Of a stretch of 64,000 nucleotides of DNA, positions 37,901-44,368 are shown piece after piece. Within the stretch, counting starts at the first letter, position 1, and each line of letters starts with the position of its first letter. Source of the stretch: a virus; IMG/VR virus record IMGVR_UViG_3300035698_010610, positions 26,315 to 90,314 of that record. One strand, given 5' to 3'. A program made the position numbers and the translations under genes. The notes beneath the pieces are model-generated. The model did not search any database. It had not been told where the DNA came from and saw only the letters and a list, made by a program, of their open reading frames with translations.

Positions 37901-38078
37901 GCCGCCGGGCGTCAAGGTGGACGTGCGGGCGGGCGGCAGCGGCTGGAAGGAATTTCTTACCAAAAAGCGGACGGCATTTCACAAGCCGGACGAAACGCAG
38001 GGCGACCAGTGGTTGATCGAGCAAGGTGATTTTACACTGCGGGTCAGCAAGGATTACGTCACGGATCTGAAATCATAA
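34986..38078 (+). CDS. SF2 DEAD/DEAH-box helicase (intein-containing)
   Basis: LRPYQ, MPTGVGKT, DE|CHH after splicing, GLTAT, FLEGFDAP, YAQMIGRGLR. Confidence 0.93.
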   Translation: MATPQVELRPYQSEAVVKLFEAFPDNNRILVSMPTGVGKTVVGMYAATVWPDACEALGLPPKVLWLAHREELVFQAVTQFRNMSGEEAGVEKAYDTVTSRPLLERPRVVAASIQTLFSEERRLLFAPDEFGLIVMDECVDGLAAVETELGTIPLSEAVRRKAKRVLTHDGTSAKFGRIEAWASKGRRAVLRVATYGGTIRVTGEHPIWTLRGWVEARHLKPGDAVVRAVAAYGYRQSTPGGDRESAPLVIRHPEVAKNGRLSTKNLRRHCRFVSVAAALALRQTRVRYHGLLNGVAREAFQGIAKATISGRPGGRSRLRLTSGRRFSGRYSATLASAYRTHAVRTPGYPGTIQASRRSGFATRPLSSGGCRHRFRLRPILGTATSCVRFGQVASRVCCRSMISPDRTAAPKSYRGHGLTRWGHWGSRGGSAMTAVVPPDGRLHFTLRALTTPVSGLWQCGFELNTARYGSPSHAEAIKRFTFAKRSPARSRLPSGRTCRPAWHISCDTVLSVDPDGSREVYDLAVADTHCFFANGILVHNCHHGVAPAWQEVADYFDKGRLVGLTATTDRADEVSLGQMFGSVPFHYSLPDAIKDGYLSKIKQEYIRVESLDFSGIKLEDGDLSVKAVEDRINREQTIHELCAPVAKLAGDRQTIIFTPSVGSAESVAALMSARYSKRGAVAVSGSTNPDDRKAAVEAYLRGDIQFLVNCGVFLEGFDAPNTSCIVIARPTASRALYAQMIGRGLRGGWACPIEGKEDCLVLDLTGKAADHRLVGSPDLLAGNYDKAVTDEIRRRMEEKGEDGEPNDVDEIIAECVASSDELRKMAFVKVVADAKLSRKTIDPFSLLDVAEEALPGWWDAKQPLPEQIDKLEAAGIRHEGDFDYASAQKLCHELDERRAAGLCTYKQAKQLAIRGFDPHMSFDAAGVVLDYLATRPGGFGMQGEDYKRKGYAKKRGRLVSYAEVKHLPRYCVPPGVKVDVRAGGSGWKEFLTKKRTAFHKPDETQGDQWLIEQGDFTLRVSKDYVTDLKS
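35397..36605 (+). mobile_element. Intein (403 aa) inserted in helicase motif II
   Basis: Block A CVDG, block B RVTGEHPIW, blocks F/G VYDLAVADTHCFFANGILVHN followed by Cys+1. Confidence 0.92.
35606..36523 (+). CDS. LAGLIDADG homing endonuclease with N-terminal CxCGC repeats, encoded in an alternate frame inside the intein
   Basis: AILGTLLGDFSI, HSSKQTEWVRHK, LGPLGLAWWICDDGS, LHTEGF, IRPHVPPCMAYKL (LAGLIDADG_2/I-SceI-like); CACGC and CECGC. Confidence 0.88.
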   Translation: MDTAGMGGSPAPKARRRRCACGCGVWIPAVDTRGRPRKCAPGHSTPRSREEWSVEYEKFKASLPLCECGCGTSVTPNASTLSRFIKWRGTRSIPRYRKGHDKRPSGWEITLTPNERSAILGTLLGDFSIGLPNPRSKNPRLSGNHSSKQTEWVRHKAAILRRLSPSVSFAANPGYGDQLCTFRSSCLPCLLPIYDLTRPDGGPKVISRAWLDSLGPLGLAWWICDDGSSSAGWQIALHTEGFDDTSIRAVAMWFRAKYGEVRVAQSRRGNKTVHLRKAVASKVAAAIRPHVPPCMAYKLRYCPVG

Positions 38079-38096
38079 CCAAAGGCAGGCACTGCA

Positions 38097-38345
38097 ATGA
38101 CAAAGGCTACGCAACAGCGGGTTCCGGTAAGCGAAAAGGCCGTGTATCAGCGAATGACCCGGGCTTTGGCTCGACGCGGCCAGCAACTCTTCAGGCACCG
38201 GCGGGTGAAGGACGCCGAGCATACCGGCAGATTCTACACCGTCGACCTACGGCGGAACTGCATCGCCGATGTTGACGTTGATTTAGACAAACACGCCCGC
38301 GACCTTGGGGTGCTGAAACCCTGGGAGGAAATCCGGGTACGATGA
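38097..38345 (+). CDS. Small conserved hypothetical protein abutting array 1
   Basis: VSEKAVYQRMTRALA...GRFYTVD...DLDKHARDLGVLKPWE; stop codon is 2 nt before the first separator. Confidence 0.7.
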   Translation: MTKATQQRVPVSEKAVYQRMTRALARRGQQLFRHRRVKDAEHTGRFYTVDLRRNCIADVDVDLDKHARDLGVLKPWEEIRVR

Positions 38346-38347
38346 AC

Positions 38348-38905
38348 GGCTGTAACGGATTGGAGCGGGACGGACTGGACTGGAAAGGCAGGGAGCGGAA
38401 AGGGCAGGAAAGGAGCGGCTGTAACGGACCGGCGCGGCGTGAATTGGATTGGAAGGGGTCGGAAGGGACGGGACCGGCTGTAACGGAAGGGATCGGACAG
38501 GAACGGAAGAGACCGGAGCGGAGGGGCAAGGAAAGGATCGGACAGGCCGTAAAGGAGCGGAGTGGAAAGGATCGGATTGGATTGGAGTGGAATGGACCGG
38601 CTGGACCGGACTGGAGCGGACGGGATTAGAGCGGACCGGATCGGAATGGATCGGCTGTAACGGATCGGAGTGGAAAGGACCGGACCGGATGGGAGTGGCT
38701 CGGATTGGAGCGGCCGGACCGGCTTGAACCACCGTGCGTAACGGACTGGAACGGCTGGCCGTGGAGCGGAAAGGGCAGGAACGGCACGGCTGTAATGGAT
38801 CGGACGGGCATGGAAGGGAGCGGCTCGGAAGGGAATGGCCGTAGCGGCGTGGAAGGGAGTGGCTTGGAGCGGATTGGAATGGAGCGGAACGGAGCGGAGA
38901 GGCAG
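38348..38905 (+). repeat. Phased GGA-NN pentamer array 1 (putative guide-RNA array), 9 units
   Basis: About 92 pentamers GG(A>C/G)NN; GGC(T/C)GTA(A/G)(C/A/T) separators at 38348, 38417, 38476, 38545, 38653, 38788 and 38837. Confidence 0.92.
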
Positions 38906-38973
38906 GAGGGGCAATCGCACCCGTCAATGTTTGGCGGGGCACGGCAACTGCGTTTTACGAAAGGTTTGATACG

Positions 38974-39756
38974 ATGGCAAAGAAACCTGTGGCAAGTGGT
39001 AGCGGCAAGGGAGGCAACGGAAAAGGGCGGGTGGAAATCCAACCGCTCGACATGGACTACGTGGTCATCCGCATCGCGGGCGACTCACCACTGATGATGA
39101 ACAACAAAGCGGCCTGCGTCGAGGAGGTCAACGCCCGCTACTCATCGGTTGGCGGCGGGAAGGCGAAGGTGCCGAAGAAGGAAAAGACCATTGACTCAGT
39201 CTACCAAGGGGCTTTCTATACGCTCCCGAGCAGTCCGGGGCAACCGCCCGCGCCGAATGGACTGTACGGTATCCCCGCGAGCGGAATGAAGAAGTGCATC
39301 TGCTCCGCGATCCGTCCGGCCGGGTTCAGCGACAACACCACCATCGGCCTGATCGGCAAGAGTTTTCGCGTGCTGCCGGACGAAGGCGGGTTGATTCTCC
39401 TGCGTCACAACGGGTTCGCGATGGACACCCGCGCCGTGGCGGTCGGCACCACCGGCAAGATGCCGGAACTGCGCTATCGCCCAATTTTTCCCGAGTGGGA
39501 GTGCCACCTGCGGATTACGTTCAACCGCGCCGTGCTGTCGATTGAATCGTTGGGCAATCTCTTGCAGCATGCCGGGCAGTATATCGGCTGGGGAGAACTC
39601 CGCGCCGAGAAAAAGCAGGGCGAGTGCGGCGGGTTCGTCGTGACCGATGCCAAGCTGCCGAAGTGGGCGTCGGATGCGTACTGGAACGTCTCTGTCGACA
39701 AGATCGGTTTCCGTGTCAACGCGAAGAATCGCACGACGCGGCGGGCTAGTCGGTAA
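38974..39756 (+). CDS. RAMP/Cas7-like RNA-binding protein
   Basis: VVIRIAGDSPLMMN (beta1), YGIPASGMKKCI (cf. RAMP IPGSSLKG), RYRPIFPEWE, C-terminal G-rich loop GQYIGWGELRAEKKQGECGGF. Confidence 0.75.
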   Translation: MAKKPVASGSGKGGNGKGRVEIQPLDMDYVVIRIAGDSPLMMNNKAACVEEVNARYSSVGGGKAKVPKKEKTIDSVYQGAFYTLPSSPGQPPAPNGLYGIPASGMKKCICSAIRPAGFSDNTTIGLIGKSFRVLPDEGGLILLRHNGFAMDTRAVAVGTTGKMPELRYRPIFPEWECHLRITFNRAVLSIESLGNLLQHAGQYIGWGELRAEKKQGECGGFVVTDAKLPKWASDAYWNVSVDKIGFRVNAKNRTTRRASR

Positions 39757-39783
39757 TCACCCCACCACGGAGGACTCGCCACA

Positions 39784-40335
39784 ATGGCGAAGGCAAAGAA
39801 GAAAACGGAACTGGTCATCGGTTCGGGGTTTCACATTTCCCGCACTGAAGGCACGTCACTGATCGCGTTCATCAAGTCGCACTTCAAGGGCCGAGTGCCG
39901 AGGGGCAGTCCGGAAAAGCTGGTTGCGGCAGCCCGGCCTGCGACAAGCCCGATCCACTCGCTATTCGAGTGGAACGACAAGAAGGCGGCATTGCTGGAAC
40001 GCAAGCGGCGGGCAGAATACCTGCTGCGGGCCATTCAGCGCCGCGAGGTGGAGGTGACAGTTGGTTCCATACCGGGAAAAATCGTCACCGTCAGCCAGTC
40101 GATTGCCGTGAAACACAAGGGGCACCATGCTGTCATTTACGCGCAAGCTGGCGAACTGACGGCAACGGACATCAACTACGTTCTCGACCGCGCTCTGGTC
40201 GAGTTTCGGAGTTGGCTGAATCGTTACCGCAACTATGCCGAGTTTCGCAACCTGTTCGATCCGGTGATTGCCGAATTTGAAAAGGTGGAGGTGAAGATCG
40301 GTACATTCAGCGGGCGGCACAAAAAAACCGCCTAG
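39784..40335 (+). CDS. Conserved partner protein of the RAMP-like gene
   Basis: SPEKLVAAARPATSPIHSLFEWNDKKAA...RAEYLLRAI; C-terminal ALVEFRSWLNRYRNY; GGAGG RBS. Confidence 0.75.
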   Translation: MAKAKKKTELVIGSGFHISRTEGTSLIAFIKSHFKGRVPRGSPEKLVAAARPATSPIHSLFEWNDKKAALLERKRRAEYLLRAIQRREVEVTVGSIPGKIVTVSQSIAVKHKGHHAVIYAQAGELTATDINYVLDRALVEFRSWLNRYRNYAEFRNLFDPVIAEFEKVEVKIGTFSGRHKKTA

Positions 40336-40345
40336 TGCATTCCCC

Positions 40346-40380
40346 GCTGCCGCGCCGTGGCATTGCTGCGGCGTGGTGGC
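40346..40380 (+). other. G-U-rich RNA hairpin leading array 2
   Basis: GCTGCCGCGCCGTGGCA pairs with TGCTGCGGCGTGGTGGC using several G-U pairs, so the full stem forms only on the + strand RNA. Confidence 0.6.
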
Positions 40381-40682
40381 GGCTTTGTAATGGACCGGAG
40401 CGGAAGGGATCGGATAGGGGCGGCTCGGACCGGAATGGAGCGGAGCGGCTGTAACGGAGCGGCGTGGATCGGAGCGGCGTGGATTGGAGCGGATGGGACC
40501 GGACTGGAGCGGCTGTAAAGGAGCGGCGTGGATCGGACCGGAAGGGACAGGACTGGAGCGGCTGTAACGGAGCGGAGTGGATGGGACCGGAGAGGAGTGG
40601 ATTGGACCGGAGAGGACCGGCTGTAACGGAGCGGAATGGCCCGGAGTGGAGGGGCTCGGAGTGGAGTGGACCGGATTGGCTG
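40381..40682 (+). repeat. Phased GGA-NN pentamer array 2, 5 units
   Basis: About 50 pentamers; separators at 40381 (GGCTTTGTAAT), 40447, 40511, 40560 and 40619. Confidence 0.92.
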
Positions 40683-40697
40683 GACCGTCGCCTGGCA

Positions 40698-40754
40698 CCC
40701 GTCGTCGCTGCGGAAGGTTTGGAACACCACGACGCAGCGGCGGCGGGTTTTTTT
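40698..40754 (+). terminator. Intrinsic terminator closing array 2
   Basis: CCCGTCGTCGCTGCG...CGCAGCGGCGGCGGG followed by T7. Confidence 0.75.
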
Positions 40755-40782
40755 CAAACGTGTTTTGGGGATAATGAAGGGG

Positions 40783-41586
40783 ATGCCAAAGCACATCAGT
40801 GTCAGCCAAATATCGATGCATTCCAAGTGCGGCGAGCAATTCAGACGCCGCTACGAAGAGGGTGAAATTTGCCCGCCGGGCTTCGCGGCCTTGACCGGGA
40901 GCGGAGTTCATGCGGGCGCTGCTCACGCAATGGAGTGGAAGCGGGAGCATGGAGGGAACGTCAGCCCGGACGACGTTCGGGACGTTGCCGTGGCGGGTTT
41001 GGATGAACGCTTCGGTGCGGATGGAGCCATGCTGACTTCGGAGGAAACGGACCAGGGCGTGGCGGCATCGCTCGGAGCGGCGAGGGACCGCACCGCCGCG
41101 CTCGCTCACTTTTGGGGCTGCGTGGTTCAGCCGGAATACAACGCCCCGCAGTGGGTAGAGGAGCGATGGGAATTCGGATTGCCGAACGGGCAGACGTTGC
41201 TTGGCATCACGGACCTTGCAACGCCAGGGCTTGTGACGGATTGGAAGACCGGGCGGCGGAAATTGTCGCAGCGAGAGGCCGACACCTCATTGCAATTGAC
41301 AGCGTACGCTATCGCATACCGCCGCCGATACGGCGTGATGCCAAACGTCCGGCTCGACTGCCTCACCAGCAGGAAGCAAACCACGCGGACCGTGCTGAAC
41401 GCTTCACGGGGCATGACCCATGTTGAACAGTTCGCGGCGAGGTTGCGGGCGTTCACGAAGTCGGTAGCTTCCGGCTCGTTCGTTCCGTGCCTGCCGACGG
41501 AATGGTTCTGCTCAGAGAAATGGTGCGGGTATGCGAAGACGTGCCCCTATTACATTCCAGACCTTGAGGAAAAGGATGACGACTGA
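40783..41586 (+). CDS. PD-(D/E)XK (RecB/Cas4-like) exonuclease
   Basis: ISVSQISMHSKCG, GSGVH, LGITDL...VTDWKTG, LQLTAYA, C-terminal CSEKWCGYAKTC. Confidence 0.85.
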   Translation: MPKHISVSQISMHSKCGEQFRRRYEEGEICPPGFAALTGSGVHAGAAHAMEWKREHGGNVSPDDVRDVAVAGLDERFGADGAMLTSEETDQGVAASLGAARDRTAALAHFWGCVVQPEYNAPQWVEERWEFGLPNGQTLLGITDLATPGLVTDWKTGRRKLSQREADTSLQLTAYAIAYRRRYGVMPNVRLDCLTSRKQTTRTVLNASRGMTHVEQFAARLRAFTKSVASGSFVPCLPTEWFCSEKWCGYAKTCPYYIPDLEEKDDD

Positions 41587-42479
41587 TGGCGAAACAAGCG
41601 ACAGCGAAACCGGTAACGGCCATTGCGCTGATCGGGCGGGACCGAACGCAGGTCGGAGCGTTGTTCAACAAAGTGGCCCCGACGCTGGCCCGTATCCTAC
41701 CGGACGGCGTTGACGCCAAGCGGCTCGGCGAGATCGCCATTGTCACGCTCCGCAAAACGCCGAAACTCTCAGTCTGCACGCAGGCGAGTTTCTTCGGAGC
41801 CATCGTTGAGTGCGGCAAGCTGGGGCTTTACCCGGACGTACGGGGGCACGCTTTCCTGATCCCGCGACGGACCGGACCGATCAACCCAGCGACCAACGAG
41901 AAAACCCATGAGGCCCATTTCCAGCCCGGCTACCAGGGCCTTCTGGAATTGTGCCGCCGCAGCGGGATGCTGACGGTATTTGAATGCCGCCCCGTTTACG
42001 CAAAGGACGAGTTTTTCTACGAGTACGGAACGCAGCCGTTCATGAAACACACCCCGTTCCGCGACGGCCCGGCTGGCGAGTTGGTCGCAGCATACGCGAC
42101 GTGCATTCTGAAGGGCGCACCACGAGCGACATTCCATGTTGTCGAAGCGTGGGAGATCGAACAACTCAAACAGTCGATCAAGCCGAGGGGCGATTCCCCG
42201 TGGCTGCACCCGCTGCATCAGCAGGCGATGTGGATGAAGACGGCGGCCATCAGGTTGCTCAAATACCTGCCGTGGTCGACCGAACAGATGCAGCGTGCCG
42301 TTGCGCTCGACGAGATGGCCGACGCGAACATCGCGCAGCACCTCGGCGAGGACTACGCCGAAGCACTGGATGACTTTTCGCAAGGCGAGGCCGATGGAAT
42401 GGAGGTGACGGCGGACGACCTTGTCGATGCCGAATTCACCGCAACAAAGGACAGCAAGCCGGAGGAAGGGGCGAAATGA
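41586..42479 (+). CDS. recT: RecT family ssDNA-annealing recombinase
   Basis: PKLSVCTQASFFGAIVECGKLGL..GHAFLIP, FQPGYQGLLELCRRSG, SPW...AMWMKTAAIRLLKYLP. Confidence 0.92.
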   Translation: MAKQATAKPVTAIALIGRDRTQVGALFNKVAPTLARILPDGVDAKRLGEIAIVTLRKTPKLSVCTQASFFGAIVECGKLGLYPDVRGHAFLIPRRTGPINPATNEKTHEAHFQPGYQGLLELCRRSGMLTVFECRPVYAKDEFFYEYGTQPFMKHTPFRDGPAGELVAAYATCILKGAPRATFHVVEAWEIEQLKQSIKPRGDSPWLHPLHQQAMWMKTAAIRLLKYLPWSTEQMQRAVALDEMADANIAQHLGEDYAEALDDFSQGEADGMEVTADDLVDAEFTATKDSKPEEGAK

Positions 42480-42973
42480 ACGATGCAGACCCGCTGAACC
42501 TGTCAGCCGAAGAACTCCACGCATTGCAGGTCGTTGGACGCACGGCGAAACACAAACGCAACGACCTTGAGCCCGGCAAAGCATACCCGGTCGACCTCTG
42601 GGTTCGGATCAAAGGGTCGCTTGCCGTTGGCACCGACTCCACCTCCACCACGACGGCGAAGCCGAAACCCGAAGACTTGCTGGCCGCGATCCTGTCATCC
42701 CTGCCGGACCCCGCCCGAGCCAACCTGCTCGACGTGATGAACGGCTGGGAAGGCACCCTGCCGGAACCGGAAGAAGGCTGGCTGGCGGCGGCGAAAACGT
42801 ACGTCACCGCGTACGGGGAAACGAAGACCGGCAGCCGCAAAGGGTCAGTGCGCGGAGCGTTCGAGGTCGGCGTGATCTCGGCGGCAGAATTGACCCCACA
42901 AACCAAGGCTAAAGTGGAGAACGCGACCCGGCTAATTACGTTCGACGACGATGAGAAGAAGGCAACTGCGTGA
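42476..42973 (+). CDS. Hypothetical protein
   Basis: ATGA overlap with recT. Confidence 0.65.
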   Translation: MNDADPLNLSAEELHALQVVGRTAKHKRNDLEPGKAYPVDLWVRIKGSLAVGTDSTSTTTAKPKPEDLLAAILSSLPDPARANLLDVMNGWEGTLPEPEEGWLAAAKTYVTAYGETKTGSRKGSVRGAFEVGVISAAELTPQTKAKVENATRLITFDDDEKKATA

Positions 42974-43022
42974 CCGCCGCGTGAGCGGTCTGAGGAAACT
43001 GGCATTTGTGAAGGAGACTGCG

Positions 43023-43253
43023 ATGGCTGCAAAGATGACACTGGTTGGAGTCACGGGCGAAGGCGAGTTGGTTGTGCGAGCCCCGGCGATCAAGGCGATG
43101 GAGCAGACACTCGGCGTCGCAAGGGCGATGGCCGCGATGGGCAAGCCTGCGGAACTGAAAGCGACAGCCGACGCCGTGTCAACCAACCTCGCGAAGCTGC
43201 TTGATCTGCAAAGGCAAACCGCGAAGCCCAGCAAAGACGGCGAAGGCGAATAA
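43023..43253 (+). CDS. Hypothetical protein
   Basis: AAGGAG RBS. Confidence 0.55.
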   Translation: MAAKMTLVGVTGEGELVVRAPAIKAMEQTLGVARAMAAMGKPAELKATADAVSTNLAKLLDLQRQTAKPSKDGEGE

Positions 43254-43293
43254 TAGAGAACCGCTGGCGGATATTGCATTGCGTCTTTTCCTC

Positions 43294-43333
43294 AGCCGGG
43301 CCGTTGTCTTCTTGACGGCGGCCCGGTTTCTTT
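43294..43333 (+). terminator. Intrinsic terminator
   Basis: GCCGGGCCGTTGTC-loop-GACGGCGGCCCGGT followed by TTCTTT. Confidence 0.6.
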
Positions 43334-43349
43334 ACCCCAGAGGTGCGAC

Positions 43350-43628
43350 ATGAACAAAGAGAAAGCCGCGGAAGTTTCCGCCGAAGTGTTTGGGTCGGAA
43401 CTGGCCGTGAACATGTCTGAATTCAAGCTACTCGCGTGGGCACGCACCACGGAAATCGAACTGGTCGGGTCGGGGTGGGTGCTGCCGCATTTTCCCGACG
43501 TGATCGAGCTTTCCGGCTGCACGTTCGCGTGGGACCAGCACGCATCGGAGGGTGAGTTCGTGCGGGGCAAGGGCTACCTGACTACGGCGCGATACTTTGC
43601 TTGCGAGCCCGGCGAGCCAGGCGGCTAA
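43350..43628 (+). CDS. Hypothetical protein
   Basis: GAGGTG RBS; similar to 44098-44325 (P..I...G.TF...G....A.Y). Confidence 0.55.
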   Translation: MNKEKAAEVSAEVFGSELAVNMSEFKLLAWARTTEIELVGSGWVLPHFPDVIELSGCTFAWDQHASEGEFVRGKGYLTTARYFACEPGEPGG

Positions 43629-43705
43629 CCGGCTGGCGTTCTTTTCCTTTTGGCACCGGGTCGCCATACCCAACGGCGGCCCTTTTTCTACCTTCGGAGG
43701 TTGCT

Positions 43706-44101
43706 ATGCACTATCTGACGCAACGGCTGATCTACCGCGTTCCCTTCCACACCGGCGCTGTGTTCTTGTGCGGGGCGGTCGGGTTCCTGATGGCGATGAA
43801 CATGCGGACCTACTTCAACGGTGCTGAGTTAGGCGAAGCGCTCGTCAACCCGCTCATGTGGACACTGCTCCCGATGATGGTCTGCCTCGACCTAGTCCTT
43901 CTATTTGAGGCGGTTCTTCATCTGCACCTGATCGCCTGCAAACAATACCCGGTGCAGCCCGCCCAGGTATGGGAGCAACCGTCCCTGCCGGTCGGGGCGG
44001 TCAGGGCGGACACCGTACCGCCAGCCCCGGCACCCGCAAGGGTCGGACTCGCAAGGATCGGACCCACAGGGGTGGCACCCAGAAGGGCGGCGACGCGATG
44101 A
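43706..44101 (+). CDS. Membrane protein
   Basis: GGAGG RBS; two hydrophobic segments. Confidence 0.55.
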   Translation: MHYLTQRLIYRVPFHTGAVFLCGAVGFLMAMNMRTYFNGAELGEALVNPLMWTLLPMMVCLDLVLLFEAVLHLHLIACKQYPVQPAQVWEQPSLPVGAVRADTVPPAPAPARVGLARIGPTGVAPRRAATR

Positions 44102-44325
44102 ACGAGCAACAGTTGACAAACCATCTTTCGGGTTTAACGCTCGGCGGATGGTTTCGCGACGGGAAAATATGGCCGAACGGGGGCACCCCAGGCACTCCAG
44201 GCACCCCGCTCGATGAATGGCCCAGGGAGATCGGGTTTTGCGGCCTGGTCTTCACGCTGGAGGGAGTCGATACGGGGAAGAACATTCGGGGTCTCGGGAC
44301 GTGGCAGAGTGCCGAGTACGCTTGA
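44098..44325 (+). CDS. Hypothetical protein
   Basis: ATGA overlap. Confidence 0.5.
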   Translation: MNEQQLTNHLSGLTLGGWFRDGKIWPNGGTPGTPGTPLDEWPREIGFCGLVFTLEGVDTGKNIRGLGTWQSAEYA

Positions 44326-44330
44326 CAGAT

Positions 44331-44368
44331 ACCGGGGCGGGGGTGAAAACCCTCGCCCCGGTTTTTTT
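44331..44368 (+). terminator. Terminator at the convergence of the + and - blocks
   Basis: ACCGGGGCGGGGGT-GAAA-ACCCTCGCCCCGGT followed by a T-tract. Confidence 0.85.

Noticed and set aside
38191-39094. ORFs called across array 1 on both strands (e.g. 38342-38629, 38234-38920, 38283-38942)
   Set aside because: Low-complexity translations of a 5-nt periodic repeat, open in several frames; a period of 5 is incompatible with codon-level selection.
38348-40682. Canonical CRISPR array
   Set aside because: The constant element is only 9 nt, the intervening sequence is itself pentamer-patterned rather than foreign spacer DNA, and no cas1 or cas2 is present.
38348-40682. Simple microsatellite or G-quadruplex tract
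   Set aside because: Slippage satellites homogenise, whereas here positions 4-5 are highly diverse while GG and the phase are conserved, with regular separators. G4 formation is possible but does not explain the pattern.
39961-41109. ORFs across array 2 and the long N-terminal extension of the nuclease (40636 start)
   Set aside because: Repeat-derived; a terminator lies at 40698-40754 and the nuclease motifs begin at about 40783.
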